A DNA stretch of 64,000 nucleotides, taken from NCBI GenBank assembly GCA_902786725.1, contig CADADP010000007.1:1303-65302 (forward strand), written 5' to 3'. Below, one piece after another: positions 1 through 10,925 of the stretch. The stretch is from an uncultured Bacteroidales bacterium (lineage in GTDB: Bacteria > Bacteroidota > Bacteroidia > Bacteroidales > Muribaculaceae). The position numbers and the translations under genes are program-made. Under the pieces are notes generated by a model. It ran no database searches, was not told the DNA's origin, and worked only from the letters and a program-made list of their open reading frames with translations. Position 1 is the stretch's first letter. Each line of letters starts with the position of its first letter.

Positions 1-2
1 CT

Positions 3-533
3 CAAGCCATCAAGAACGACATCAACATCTATAGCGCGCATACCAACATGGATAGTGCCCTCGGAGGAGTGAACCACCATATCGCAGCTAAGATGGGACT
101 CCGAGATGTCACTTTCCTGCAGCCCGATGACGGCAGCCAAGGCTCGCCGCATGGCATTGGCGTAGTGGGCAATCTGCCACAACCCGTCGCCGCTCGCGAC
201 TTCCTGACCGCGGTTAAGCGCACGTTCGGCGTTGAAGCCATCAGATACAGCGGCGACATCAGCCGCGATGTGCAGCGTGTGGCTGTTTGCGGCGGAGCCG
301 GCAGTTTTCTCATAGATAGCGCCCTGCGCAGTCATGCCGACATCTTCATAACGGCCGACGTCAGATACCACGAGTTTATGGGCCACGAGAACGAGATTAT
401 ACTTGCCGACATTGGGCATTATGAGAGCGAACATTTCACAAAAGAAATATTTTTAGAGATTATTACGAAAAAAAATCCTAACTTTGCAGTTGATTTCGCG
501 CAAACAGAGAAAAATCAATTAAATTACATATAA
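3..533 (+). CDS. Nif3-like dinuclear metal-centre protein (5' truncated by window edge)
   Basis: Motifs SAHTNMD, AVCGGAG, ITADVRYH, DIGHYESE; usual neighbour of the zinc-ribbon gene. Confidence 0.9.
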   Translation, partial: QAIKNDINIYSAHTNMDSALGGVNHHIAAKMGLRDVTFLQPDDGSQGSPHGIGVVGNLPQPVAARDFLTAVKRTFGVEAIRYSGDISRDVQRVAVCGGAGSFLIDSALRSHADIFITADVRYHEFMGHENEIILADIGHYESEHFTKEIFLEIITKKNPNFAVDFAQTEKNQLNYI

Positions 534-539
534 CAGACT

Positions 540-1313
540 ATGGCAAAGCAAGAAAAAGAACTCACCGTAGAGGAGCGCCTAAAAGCACTTTATCAGTTAC
601 AAACTATGCTGTCCGACATCGACCGGATAAAGACCCTTCGTGGCGAGCTGCCTCTTGAGGTTCAAGACTTGGAGGACGAAATTGCCGGGCTCGAAACTCG
701 CGTAGAGAACTACAAGCAGGAACTCGCCGAGCAGAAAAAGGCTGCCAAGGAACAGGCCAAGGCTAAGGCCGAAGCCGAAGCAAAGATTGAAAAATACGAG
801 GCTCAGGAAAACCAAGTTCGCAACAACAAGGAATACGAGCACCTGCACAAGGAAATCGAATTCCAGCACCTTAACGTGGAACTTGCCGAGAAGAAAACCA
901 ATGAAGCCATCCGCGCGCAAGAGCGACTCAAGGACGAAATAGAACGCGCCGAAAACGTGCTCAAGGACAATCGCAAAGAACTTGAGGAGAAAAAGAACGA
1001 GCTCGAGGAAATCATCGCCGAGACCAAGCAGGACGAGGAAAAACTACGGGTTAAAGCCAAGAAACTCGAGGACAAATTCGATGACGAGCGCTTGCTCACC
1101 GCCTTTAAGCGCATCCGCAAAAACGCTCGCAATGGCCTGGGCATCGTGTATGTGCAGCGCAACGCCTGCGGTGGTTGCTTCAACCGCATTCCGGCTCAGC
1201 GCCAAAGCGAAATCAAGATGCGCAAGAAAATCATCGTGTGCGAATACTGCGGTCGCATTCTGGTTGACCCCGCACTGGCCGGTGTGAGCGAAGAAGACGC
1301 AAAGAACGCATAA
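540..1313 (+). CDS. Coiled-coil protein with C4-type zinc ribbon (DUF164-like)
   Basis: Long coiled coil followed by CGGC...CEYC. Confidence 0.9.
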   Translation: MAKQEKELTVEERLKALYQLQTMLSDIDRIKTLRGELPLEVQDLEDEIAGLETRVENYKQELAEQKKAAKEQAKAKAEAEAKIEKYEAQENQVRNNKEYEHLHKEIEFQHLNVELAEKKTNEAIRAQERLKDEIERAENVLKDNRKELEEKKNELEEIIAETKQDEEKLRVKAKKLEDKFDDERLLTAFKRIRKNARNGLGIVYVQRNACGGCFNRIPAQRQSEIKMRKKIIVCEYCGRILVDPALAGVSEEDAKNA

Positions 1314-1623
1314 GACTCATCATCAGTCGGCGTGACTGAGACACGTTACCGGGAGCTGGTCGCAAAACGCTTGCGACCGACTCCCGATTTTTTGTGCCTA
1401 CCACAGGCAATAATCTCGTGCCACACACTCCTTGCTCGCACTCACGCCACGCGCCACGCACTCGCCACTATCTCTGCATCAGACATGTAAGCACGCCCAC
1501 ACTAATTTTGTTCAAAAGATTTTACACTTTTTATGCCGTGTTGTGGATATAAATTAGTAACTTTGCTAAATAGGAACAGCTGACTCACTCAGCCTGAATT
1601 TTATCACAAAAAACATACACACA

Positions 1624-2244
1624 GTGGGAAAATTATACTTCAGATATGGTACCATGGGCTCGGCTAAGACAGCTATGCTGCTCACTCAGGCTTATAACTT
1701 CGAAGAGCGCGGATTGCACTACCTGTGCATGAAACCAATTATCGACAACCGTGAAAAAGAGAACGTGATTCGCTCTCGAATAGGCATACAGCGCCAGTGC
1801 GCCTGGATCTACCCCACTACCGACCTATACGGATTCGTCAAAGAACTCTACGACAAGACGCTCGTGGTTAAGGACTGGATACTCATCGATGAGGCCCAGT
1901 TCCTATCAGAAGAGCAAGTGGATCAGCTTGCCCGAGTGGTGGACGACTTCGGGACCAATGTTGTTTGCTACGGGCTTCGCACCGACTTCCAGTCTCGCCT
2001 CTTTGAGGGTTCGCGCCGGCTACTTGAGATAGCCGACAGCATCGACGAGATAAAATCCACCTGCGCCTGTGGCCGCAAAACAATAATCAACGCCCGCATC
2101 GACAAGGACGGGAACATCGTCACCGACGGTAACCAAGTGGAAATCGGCGGAGATGACCGATATGTGGCCCTCTGCAGAAGATGTTGGCAAAATCGACGCA
2201 TCGAAAGTGCAGAGCGTAACTCGCTGAAATTTAAGTCGGAATAA
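1624..2244 (+). CDS. tdk: Thymidine kinase
   Basis: GTMGSAKT P-loop, LIDEAQF, YGLRTDF, Zn-binding CxC/CxxC; GTG start. Confidence 0.95.
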   Translation: MGKLYFRYGTMGSAKTAMLLTQAYNFEERGLHYLCMKPIIDNREKENVIRSRIGIQRQCAWIYPTTDLYGFVKELYDKTLVVKDWILIDEAQFLSEEQVDQLARVVDDFGTNVVCYGLRTDFQSRLFEGSRRLLEIADSIDEIKSTCACGRKTIINARIDKDGNIVTDGNQVEIGGDDRYVALCRRCWQNRRIESAERNSLKFKSE

Positions 2245-2353
2245 GCAACAATGCGATTTTTGCCGCAAAAATTTGGAATTTTTCAAAATAAATTAACTAC
2301 TTTTGCATCGATATATATATCAACTCAACTAATTTATTTTATACTTTACTAAA

Positions 2354-2521
2354 ATGGCATACGTAATTAATGACACTTGTGTAGCTTGCGGAACTTGTCA
2401 GTCCGTTTGCCCCACTGGAGCTATCAGTGAAGGCGAAATCTACGTGATCGACCCCGATGTTTGCATCGACTGCGGCACTTGCGCTGAGTCTTGCCCCAAC
2501 GAGGCTATTACCGCCGGCTAA
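2354..2521 (+). CDS. 2x[4Fe-4S] ferredoxin (55 aa, absent from the ORF track)
   Basis: Manual translation MAYVINDTCVACGTCQSVCPTGAISEGEIYVIDPDVCIDCGTCAESCPNEAITAG; two CxxCxxCxxxCP motifs. Confidence 0.95.
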   Translation: MAYVINDTCVACGTCQSVCPTGAISEGEIYVIDPDVCIDCGTCAESCPNEAITAG

Positions 2522-2570
2522 ACACACAGCTCAAGCCCCAATCTCAAACCGATTTGGGCTAAAAATTTAC

Positions 2571-2607
2571 AGGACTTTCTCCATAACCGGACGAAAGTCC
2601 TTTTTTT
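2571..2607 (+). terminator. Rho-independent terminator after ferredoxin
   Basis: AGGACTTTC...GAAAGTCCT stem followed by a T run. Confidence 0.75.
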
Positions 2608-2707
2608 CGCGCTATTGCTTATCACCATAGCCACAAGTGGCATTGCGTCTCCGAGTTTCGGTAGAGCGTTGTATTAATGTTGGTTCTTGCTCCGCTTTGC
2701 GTCCATC

Positions 2708-3685
2708 TCAGGTGCGGATGTGACTATTGTCGTTTTCACCGGCCACGTTGGTGTCGCCGCTTCCCCCGAGCACTCGATTTATCTCGTCGGTCTGCGTGGG
2801 CTTGAATTTCTGCAAGCTCACCTTAACCTCGTCAAAGCCCTGCCCATACACGCCTTTCACATTTGTCTGCGCTATGAAAGCCTGCTTATCCACAGCCTTT
2901 ATGATTCTGAACACCATCACGCTCTCATACCGCCGGCACATCACAAGCAATATCTTCACATCGCGCTTTGTGTACCATCCCGTGCCATGTATCAACGTGC
3001 ATCCGCGATGCGAGATATTATTGATAGCGTTGGCTATATCCTCCCATTTTTTACTTATTATCAAGAACTGAACAGCCTGTCTGTTATTGTTTATCACATA
3101 GTCCGACACAAACGACAGTATCAGCAGAAACACAATTCCATATACTATCTTTTCCACACTGTGAAACAGCAGATACGACGACGAGATTATCACCACATCG
3201 CAGTAGAGCATTATCCGCCCGAACGACACATTGCTATGCTTCGACACCATCGCCGCTATAATATCGGTTCCGGCCGAGCTACCGTTGTGCGAGAACGCCG
3301 TTCCTATTCCTATTCCACACATCAGTGCCCCGATTATCACATTCATAAACGGCTGTTGCGCCACTATAGGTGCCGAAAACAACGGTTTGAAGATGCCCAG
3401 CGTAAGGCTCACTATCGTGGCGCCTATTATAGTGCGTATCACAAACTGCCGCCCCACGCTCCTGAACGCCATCGCCAATAGCACAGCGTTAATCGCATAG
3501 TTGGTTACAGCCACGTTCCAATCGAAAGCAAACAGGCACAACGACGCCAAGCCCACCACTCCACCGGTTACAATCTTCTCCGGCAGCACAAACGCCGCGT
3601 AGCCGAATGAATAAAAAGATAGCCCCAGCACTATCATCACATAGTCCTTTAAACTGTTGCGCAGTAGTTTGCTCACGTCCGGCAT
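2708..3685 (-). CDS. YitT/DUF2179 family membrane protein
   Basis: Multiple TM segments, TGGVVG and GSSAGTDII motifs, C-terminal GVYGQGF. Confidence 0.9.
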   Translation of the reverse strand: MPDVSKLLRNSLKDYVMIVLGLSFYSFGYAAFVLPEKIVTGGVVGLASLCLFAFDWNVAVTNYAINAVLLAMAFRSVGRQFVIRTIIGATIVSLTLGIFKPLFSAPIVAQQPFMNVIIGALMCGIGIGTAFSHNGSSAGTDIIAAMVSKHSNVSFGRIMLYCDVVIISSSYLLFHSVEKIVYGIVFLLILSFVSDYVINNNRQAVQFLIISKKWEDIANAINNISHRGCTLIHGTGWYTKRDVKILLVMCRRYESVMVFRIIKAVDKQAFIAQTNVKGVYGQGFDEVKVSLQKFKPTQTDEINRVLGGSGDTNVAGENDNSHIRT

Positions 3686-3758
3686 AATAATCGTCTCTTT
3701 TTTAATTATTGCTCTAAATCGATTGCGAAATTAATAATTTGCCGTCATAAAAAAAAGT

Positions 3759-3775
3759 TTGGCACAAAAATTGCT
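3759..3775 (+). promoter_or_regulatory. Putative sigma54 (-24/-12) promoter
   Basis: TTGGCAC-AAAAA-TTGCT fits TGGCAC-N5-TTGC, upstream of the 3882 ORF. Confidence 0.6.
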
Positions 3776-3881
3776 CTCTATTTGAGATATATTGCGTAAT
3801 TTTGAACAAGTATATTTGCGCCGAGCCTCAACGGCTCACCGCATCGCATAAATTATAAACTTTATCTCAACTTTTATTATC

Positions 3882-4223
3882 ATGCTAGTAACTCTGATTT
3901 TAACTGCCCTCGCCGTGTGGATCACGGCTTGGATTCTGCCCGGCATCACCGTGGAGCCGTGGTATGTCTCTATCATTGTGGCCGTGGTGCTCGGCATCAT
4001 CAACGCCCTCATTCGCCCGTGCGTTAAACTGCTCTCACTGCCCATCAACATAATCACTCTGGGTCTGTTCACGTTTGTTATTAATGCCCTTATGGTGGAA
4101 CTATGCGCTTGGATCGTCAGCGGATTTGAAGTGGCCAACTTCTGGTGGGCTCTGCTCTTTAGCTTGGTTTTGAGCATTGTCACATGGTTTATCGGTGCCG
4201 TCTTCAAGAAAGACCTCAAATAA
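3882..4223 (+). CDS. YvlD-like 4-TM membrane protein (holin superfamily IV annotation)
   Basis: LGIINALIRP...LSLPINIITLGLFTFVINAL signature. Confidence 0.85.
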   Translation: MLVTLILTALAVWITAWILPGITVEPWYVSIIVAVVLGIINALIRPCVKLLSLPINIITLGLFTFVINALMVELCAWIVSGFEVANFWWALLFSLVLSIVTWFIGAVFKKDLK

Positions 4224-4236
4224 CTTATCCCAAGTT

Positions 4237-4599
4237 ATGGACCCGAAAGACTGGAAAAGCGTCTTAGGAGCGGCGTTCGACGTGGCCGTACCCTCCCCCG
4301 AGGAGATTAAGGCCGAGCAGGAGGCCCGTCTAAACGAGCCCCGCGGCGACGCACGTGAACAACAGGGTTCACAACCCATTCACGTCATACTCGACCGCAA
4401 GAACCGCAAAGGAAAAACCGTAACGCTCGTCACCGACCTTAAGTGCGACGACCGGGCGTTGCAGGCTCTCGCTAAGGAGCTCAAGCTGCGGTGTGGCGTG
4501 GGTGGCTCGGCCCGAGGAGGTGAAATACTCTTGCAGGGCGATTTTACGGGCCGCGTGACCGACATCCTTCGCGACAAGGGATTCAACGTGCGACACTGA
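4237..4599 (+). CDS. SUI1/YciH translation initiation factor-like protein
   Basis: RKGKTVT...LKLRCGVGGS...LLQGD; start taken at ATG 4237. Confidence 0.9.
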   Translation: MDPKDWKSVLGAAFDVAVPSPEEIKAEQEARLNEPRGDAREQQGSQPIHVILDRKNRKGKTVTLVTDLKCDDRALQALAKELKLRCGVGGSARGGEILLQGDFTGRVTDILRDKGFNVRH

Positions 4600-4706
4600 C
4601 CACCGTTTTAGCCGGCCTATGCCTAACATTTCCCAAAGACCAATCGCTAATCATCAGGATTCACGGCATTTAAGCCACATAGACCTCAACAATCAACTCA
4701 ACTATT

Positions 4707-7700
4707 ATGGCCACCAATCAAGGGCAAGTGAGAATAATCAGGGCTTCGGCCGGAGCCGGCAAGACCTATAATCTGGCCCAAACCTACATTAAGTATCTCC
4801 TCGGTCGCAAAGACGGCGACAAGTACGTGCTGGTCAAAGGACGCAGGAACTATCACCAGCATCTGCTGGCTATCACGTTCACTAACGCCGCCACCGACGA
4901 GATGAAGAAACGTATCGTAAAGGAGCTGGAACTGCTCAGCCTGGGCAGGGGAGACTTTGTGCGCGATTTCAAGACCGAGTTTCGCGACGACATATCCCTT
5001 GTGCAGCAAGCCGCCTCAGTCGCTTTGGCCGACATACTGTTCAACTATTCGCAGTTCCACGTCAGCACCATCGACTCCTTCTTCCAACAGATTCTCAGGG
5101 CATTCACCTTTGAGCTCGACCGCGATGCCGGTTACGACCTGCAACTCGATGAAGTGATAGCACTCCAATCGTCGATACACGATTTTCTTCTCTCGCTCGG
5201 ACGCAATGCGTCGAAAGACATTAACGACTGGGTGGCCGAATACGTAAATGAAAAAGTGAGCGGCGACAAGGACTGGAACGTGTTCAATGCCGGCGAACGT
5301 AGCGATTTCCTTGAGGTATCCAAGAATCTCAATAAGGAAGTTTTTCGCAAGAACGGCGACAAAATCATGGCCTATATGGCCGACATGGGAAACGGCCGGG
5401 GCATGTCGCGGCTGTCGCGATTCCGACAACTGATGCGGCAGAGCGCCGAGCGGTGGGACCGGGAAACAATCAGCGCGCAAGAGCGATTGGTTCAATTTAT
5501 TCACGGCAACGACCTCGCCAAGGGGCTTAATGGCAGCAGAGCCCTGCACCATCTCATACAAGCATACAGGCCCGGACAGGCTCCAAGAATTACCGACACT
5601 TTTAAGAAAATCACTATCGATAATATCGCCGAACAGTTCGTCAAAAGCGCTAAGGACGCCATCAGCCCCGACACTTATGCTCAACTGGTAGGCCTGATAA
5701 CCGACGTGTGCCACGGAATTGCCAATTCTCAGCTTTGCCAAGATGTGGGACGCGACCTCGCACGCCTCGGTATTATGGGGCAGGTACTTAAGTACCTCGA
5801 CATCTACCGACGCGACAACAACGTTCTACTCATCACCGACACCAACGAGCTAATCCGCCGCGTAATACACAGCGGAGTGCCATTTGTCTTTGAACACACC
5901 GGCACGTGGTTCAACAACTACTTAATCGACGAGTTCCAGGACACCAGCGAAATGCAATACGACAATTTCCGCGTCCTAATCGACGAGAGTGTGGACCAAG
6001 GCAACGAGAGCCTCATCATAGGAGACGAGAAACAGAGCATCTACCGGTTCCGAAACTCCAATCCCGACCTGCTTCGCGAAACCATCGGGCTTGATTACGC
6101 AGGACGTAGCATCTCCAAGCCACTGCTTTTCAACTGGCGGACTTTCAAGGAAGTGGTAAACTTCAACAACCAGCTTTTCACACACATTCGCGATGCTCAA
6201 GCCCTGACATATCCGCGATTGGCCAGCACCTACAAGAACGTTTTTCAAGAAGCAAAGCGCGCCGACATCAGCGGATACGTGCACATCGAGTTCAGTCAGC
6301 TCATTGACAAGGCCACTAAAAAGAAGAAGAACGACAACACAAAGGTTGGTATCAGCAAAGAGGATTTTCAGCAGGATGTGCTTTCGCGGCTTCCGGAGCT
6401 CATCGACTCCATCAAGCAGCGAGGCTTCCGCCATGGAGATATTGCCATCCTGGTCAACACCCGGGCCGAAGGCAACGAGGTGGTGGAAACCATTCTTAAC
6501 CATAACCTCACATGCGATTCTGCCCACACCATTAAGGTCGTATCCGGCGAATCGCTTTTGCTAAAAAATTCGGTAGCCGTGAAGATTGTAATAAGCGTAC
6601 TTCGTTTCCTTGAAAACAATCTGCAGCTCCAGCTACCCGCCGATGGCAAGCTCTCAAAGGAGCAGAGGGCGCGAGTCACCGACCGCCTTTTCTACATCCT
6701 TTTGCGCGAATTTGAACACAGGCTCCGCATCAGCAACGACTCTGACAAGGGAGAGGTGCTGAAGCAATCCATCGCCTTTGTGATAAATTCTAACAAGACA
6801 GAATTGACTTCGCTACACGACCAGAAGGATTATCTGCCCGACCCACACACAGAGTTGTCCACGCTTGGCAATGTAGTAGATAAAATCATCCGCGCATTCG
6901 TCCTTTCTTCGGCAAGCAAAACCGAGGGCGAGATTTCTTACTTGCTGGCACTGCAAGACACCGTCAGCGACTTTGAAAGCCGTGGAAGCGGAACCATTCG
7001 CGAGTTTCTGCGATTCTGGGACACCAAGAAAGATAAGCTTAGCGTAAATTCAGGTGCCGTTGCCGATGCCGTTAATGTCATGACAATTCACAAGTCCAAG
7101 GGGCTAGAATTTCCCTGCGTCATTATCCCGTTTGTAAACTGGGAAGTGACCGATATCCGCAACAACACGCTCTGGGTTGAATCCCAACGATGGATTAGCG
7201 AAATGAGCGACGTGGTGCAGTTGCAGGGCAATGAAGCGCTTGTTCCACCCATCATGCCCACAAAGAAAATAGTTTCCTGCGACGCCGGCAAGTTTCTCCA
7301 CGACTGGGCCACAGAGGAAGAATCCACCTTTATCGATAGCCTTAACAAGACTTACGTGGCATTCACCCGCCCCAAGCAGGAACTGCACGCCTACGTTTTG
7401 CGCGACCTAAAAGACGACTCCATCGCCACTCACATCCTCAGCGCCATCTCAAAAATGGACATGAGTCATTCTCAAGACAGCATCGGACGCGATATCTATT
7501 GTCTGGGCGAACCTTCTCCCCTATTCAAGGATAAGAAAAAAGACTCTCCGGCCATCGGTTCCGAAGGCAACCCGATACCGATGAAACTGAGTCATATTCA
7601 GCTATTTCCGCAGAGTGCCGACCGCATCAAGGTGCGCATTCCACAGACCGACCGGGCACGTCTGCGCGGCGAGCACTTGCATGCGCTCTTTAGCCACATC

Positions 7701-8123
7701 AACTCATCGCTCGACGCCGAACGCGCACTCAACTTCTGCCTTAGCCGCGGATACCTGTCACCTGACGCGGTGAATAAATGGCGGCAGCAACTACAGGAGA
7801 TTTTCTCCGACCCCAAAACCGCTCCGTGGTACGACCCCGACAACATTATACTTAACGAGCGCGCTATAATCACCAAAACAGAGATTTCCACTCCCGAGGG
7901 GACTGTTAAGACCGACACCGAGAACAAGCGCCCCGACCGCATAATACTTCGCCCCGACGGCACGGTAATTGTGGTTGATTACAAATTCGGCGACATCGAA
8001 AAGCGCAGTTACGAGAAACAAGTAAGAGCTTATAGTGAGCGCATCAGCCAAGCCCTGAATCGCCCCACACAGGGCTACGTCTGGTACGTCAACAAGAACA
8101 AAATCGTCACCGTCTCCACTTAA
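4707..8123 (+). CDS. UvrD/AddA-like helicase with C-terminal PD-(D/E)XK nuclease
   Basis: ASAGAGKT, IDEFQDTS, GDEKQSIYRFR, MTIHKSKGLE, RPDRI...VVDYK. Confidence 0.9.
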   Translation: MATNQGQVRIIRASAGAGKTYNLAQTYIKYLLGRKDGDKYVLVKGRRNYHQHLLAITFTNAATDEMKKRIVKELELLSLGRGDFVRDFKTEFRDDISLVQQAASVALADILFNYSQFHVSTIDSFFQQILRAFTFELDRDAGYDLQLDEVIALQSSIHDFLLSLGRNASKDINDWVAEYVNEKVSGDKDWNVFNAGERSDFLEVSKNLNKEVFRKNGDKIMAYMADMGNGRGMSRLSRFRQLMRQSAERWDRETISAQERLVQFIHGNDLAKGLNGSRALHHLIQAYRPGQAPRITDTFKKITIDNIAEQFVKSAKDAISPDTYAQLVGLITDVCHGIANSQLCQDVGRDLARLGIMGQVLKYLDIYRRDNNVLLITDTNELIRRVIHSGVPFVFEHTGTWFNNYLIDEFQDTSEMQYDNFRVLIDESVDQGNESLIIGDEKQSIYRFRNSNPDLLRETIGLDYAGRSISKPLLFNWRTFKEVVNFNNQLFTHIRDAQALTYPRLASTYKNVFQEAKRADISGYVHIEFSQLIDKATKKKKNDNTKVGISKEDFQQDVLSRLPELIDSIKQRGFRHGDIAILVNTRAEGNEVVETILNHNLTCDSAHTIKVVSGESLLLKNSVAVKIVISVLRFLENNLQLQLPADGKLSKEQRARVTDRLFYILLREFEHRLRISNDSDKGEVLKQSIAFVINSNKTELTSLHDQKDYLPDPHTELSTLGNVVDKIIRAFVLSSASKTEGEISYLLALQDTVSDFESRGSGTIREFLRFWDTKKDKLSVNSGAVADAVNVMTIHKSKGLEFPCVIIPFVNWEVTDIRNNTLWVESQRWISEMSDVVQLQGNEALVPPIMPTKKIVSCDAGKFLHDWATEEESTFIDSLNKTYVAFTRPKQELHAYVLRDLKDDSIATHILSAISKMDMSHSQDSIGRDIYCLGEPSPLFKDKKKDSPAIGSEGNPIPMKLSHIQLFPQSADRIKVRIPQTDRARLRGEHLHALFSHINSSLDAERALNFCLSRGYLSPDAVNKWRQQLQEIFSDPKTAPWYDPDNIILNERAIITKTEISTPEGTVKTDTENKRPDRIILRPDGTVIVVDYKFGDIEKRSYEKQVRAYSERISQALNRPTQGYVWYVNKNKIVTVST

Positions 8124-8263
8124 TGGCTGTGAATAAGTCCACGATGAACAAAAGCCACACCACAGGCCCATTATCCACAAAGTAGCAAAAGAATACGCTC
8201 ACCTTTAGCCTGTTTTTCCCGAAAAGTCATTAACTTTGCACAAATTTAGAGATACAACCCATT

Positions 8264-10048
8264 ATGTCAATAGAGAAAATTCTATCACAAGCCACAGCGC
8301 TTGCCGTTAAGCAGCTCTACGGTGCCGATTTCGACGCCGAAAAAATAGAGCCGCAACCCACCCGTAAGGAATTTGAGGGGAACGAGACTATCGTGGTGTT
8401 CCCATTTCTGAGAGCATCACACAAATCACCCGAGGCCACAGCACAGGAAATTGGCGAATTTCTTGTAGGCAACTGCCCGGCAGTACAGAAATTCAACGTT
8501 ATCAAGGGGTTTCTTAACATCACCATCAACCCCACATACTGGAGCCAGGTGCTCTACGGCATCGCCGGCGATGCCAACTATGGATTTAAGCCGGTGACCG
8601 AGAGCAGCCCGCTGGTGATGATTGAATATTCCTCGCCCAACACCAACAAGCCGCTGCACTTGGGACACGTGCGCAACAACCTGCTTGGATTCAGCTTGTC
8701 GCGCATCATGGAAGCCAACGGCAACAAGGTGGTGAAGACCAATATCGTGAACGACCGCGGCATCCACATCTGCAAGTCGATGCTGGCATGGCTCAAGTGG
8801 GGCAATGGCATCACTCCCGAGGCCGCCGGCAAGAAGGGCGACCACCTTATCGGCGACTTCTATGTCCTCTTCGACCGTCACTACAAGGAAGAGCTGAAGC
8901 AACTGCAACAGCAGGGCCTTAGTGAAGAAGAGGCCGAGAAGCAATCGCCCCTTATGAAAGAGGCGCGCGAAATGCTCAAGAAGTGGGAAGACGGCGACGA
9001 GCAGGTGCGGCAACTCTGGGCCATGATGAACAGCTGGGTCTATGCCGGCTTCGACGAGACCTACAAGCGACTCGGCGTGAGCTTCGACAAAATCTACTAC
9101 GAAAGCCAGACCTACCTCGAGGGTAAGCAGAAAGTGCTCGAGGGCTTGGAAAAAGGCATCTTCTACCGCAAAGATGACGGCTCGGTGTGGGCCGACCTCA
9201 CCGACGCGGGGCTGGACCACAAGCTACTCCTTCGCAGCGACGGCACATCGGTGTATATGACTCAGGACATAGGCACCGCCAAGTTGCGTTATCAAGACTT
9301 CCCCATCGACAAGATGATATACGTGGTGGGCAACGAGCAGAACTATCACTTCCAGGTGCTCTCGCTACTGCTGCACCGCCTGGGATTCAAGTGGGGAAAA
9401 GACCTTATCCACTTCTCCTATGGCATGGTGGAACTGCCCAACGGCAAGATGAAGTCGCGCGAAGGCACCGTGGTGGATGCCGATGATCTGATGGACGAGA
9501 TGATAGAGACCGCGCGCAAGATGAGCGACGACCCGTCGCGCCTGGTGGGCGTGCCCGACGACGAACGCGCGGACGTACTGCGCAAGATAGGGCTCGGAGC
9601 ACTCAAGTACTTTATCCTCAAGGTGGATCCGCGCAAGAATATGCTATTTAACCCACAAGAGTCGATCGATTTCAACGGCAACACCGGCCCCTTTATCCAG
9701 TACACCTACGCGCGAATCCGCTCAGTCCTTCGCAAGGCTAATCCGGCCGACCTCACCCCCACTGAACAGCCCATCAGCCCCAGCGACAAGGAAATAGCCC
9801 TGATTCAGCGCATCGCCGACTTTGACGCTTGTGTGCGTGATGCCGGCAGCACCTACAGCCCCGCACTTGTGGCCAACTACGTCTATGATCTGGCCAAAGA
9901 ATATAACCAGTTCTACCACGACCACAGCATTCTGCGCGAGGAGAACGACGACTTGCGCCGGTTCCGCCTGTGCCTGTCGGATGTGGTGAGCTGCCTGCTC
10001 AAGCGAGGTCTGTGGCTACTGGGCATTGAGGTTCCGGAGCGTATGTAA
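8264..10048 (+). CDS. argS: Arginyl-tRNA synthetase
   Basis: SSPNTNKPLHLGH HIGH-type motif, KMKSREG, C-terminal EVPERM. Confidence 0.97.
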   Translation: MSIEKILSQATALAVKQLYGADFDAEKIEPQPTRKEFEGNETIVVFPFLRASHKSPEATAQEIGEFLVGNCPAVQKFNVIKGFLNITINPTYWSQVLYGIAGDANYGFKPVTESSPLVMIEYSSPNTNKPLHLGHVRNNLLGFSLSRIMEANGNKVVKTNIVNDRGIHICKSMLAWLKWGNGITPEAAGKKGDHLIGDFYVLFDRHYKEELKQLQQQGLSEEEAEKQSPLMKEAREMLKKWEDGDEQVRQLWAMMNSWVYAGFDETYKRLGVSFDKIYYESQTYLEGKQKVLEGLEKGIFYRKDDGSVWADLTDAGLDHKLLLRSDGTSVYMTQDIGTAKLRYQDFPIDKMIYVVGNEQNYHFQVLSLLLHRLGFKWGKDLIHFSYGMVELPNGKMKSREGTVVDADDLMDEMIETARKMSDDPSRLVGVPDDERADVLRKIGLGALKYFILKVDPRKNMLFNPQESIDFNGNTGPFIQYTYARIRSVLRKANPADLTPTEQPISPSDKEIALIQRIADFDACVRDAGSTYSPALVANYVYDLAKEYNQFYHDHSILREENDDLRRFRLCLSDVVSCLLKRGLWLLGIEVPERM

Positions 10049-10052
10049 AAAG

Positions 10053-10069
10053 TTGGCACGATTTTTGCT
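10053..10069 (+). promoter_or_regulatory. Putative sigma54 promoter
   Basis: TTGGCACGATTTTTGCT upstream of the BI-1 gene. Confidence 0.65.
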
Positions 10070-10148
10070 ATATCTACCCACAGCGGCCACACGAAAATGT
10101 GACCTGCCAACTAAACAAAGATTATTAACTCTTTAAACGACAAAGACT

Positions 10149-10895
10149 ATGAATAATTACGATTACAACCTCGATGAGCTCAACGCGAAGCGTAGCGGCT
10201 ATCAGCCCTATCAGCCCATCGACACCGAGCGCTCGCTCAGCAGCTATGTCTCACGGGTTATGCGCAGTGTGTATGCCCGCATGTTTCTGGGTCTGCTCGT
10301 GACAGCTTTCACATCGCTGTTTATAGCCGGCAATCAGACGCTGGTCACCGCCATCTTTGGCAGCAAGTTCCTTTTCTTTGGGCTGATGATTGCCGAATTG
10401 GGAGTGGTGATTGTGTTATCATCGATGATTAACAAGCTCAGCTCGGCCACGGCAGCATTGCTGTTCTATCTCTACGCCATCCTTAACGGTGTGGTGCTGA
10501 CATCAATCCTGTTTGTGTATTCACCGGCTGCGATTTTCAAGACATTCCTCATCACTGCAGGAACATTCGGGGCGATGAGCATCTACGGCTACACCACCAA
10601 GCAAGACTTGAGCAAAATAGGCTCTTATTTGGTAATGGCCCTGATAGGACTCATCGTTTGTTCCATCGTGAACATATTTCTCCAGAGCACAGGTTTCGAC
10701 TGGGCCATCAGCCTGCTTGGCGTGGCCATCTTTGTGGGCCTCACCGCCTGGGACACACAGAAAATCAAGGCTATGGCAATGGCCACCGATGAAGAGAACG
10801 TGGGCAAGCTCGCCACAATGGGAGCCCTCTCGCTCTACCTTGATTTCATCAACCTGTTCCTGTATCTGCTACGCATCTTCGGGCGCGACAGATAA
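10149..10895 (+). CDS. Bax inhibitor-1/YccA family membrane protein
   Basis: About 7 TM segments; TAWDTQKIK and ALSLYLDFINLFL motifs. Confidence 0.93.
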   Translation: MNNYDYNLDELNAKRSGYQPYQPIDTERSLSSYVSRVMRSVYARMFLGLLVTAFTSLFIAGNQTLVTAIFGSKFLFFGLMIAELGVVIVLSSMINKLSSATAALLFYLYAILNGVVLTSILFVYSPAAIFKTFLITAGTFGAMSIYGYTTKQDLSKIGSYLVMALIGLIVCSIVNIFLQSTGFDWAISLLGVAIFVGLTAWDTQKIKAMAMATDEENVGKLATMGALSLYLDFINLFLYLLRIFGRDR

Positions 10896-10925
10896 CTCCT
10901 GACTATTGCGGACAACAGAACACTT

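Noticed and set aside
1430-1470. CGCCAC/GCACTC short repeats between the zinc-ribbon gene and tdk
   Set aside because: Low-complexity C-rich tract with no regular period or structure.
4707-8123. AddA-like helicase-nuclease without an adjacent AddB-like gene as a defence system
   Set aside because: Housekeeping context next to the SUI1 gene; the partner may be elsewhere in the genome; no mobility signs.
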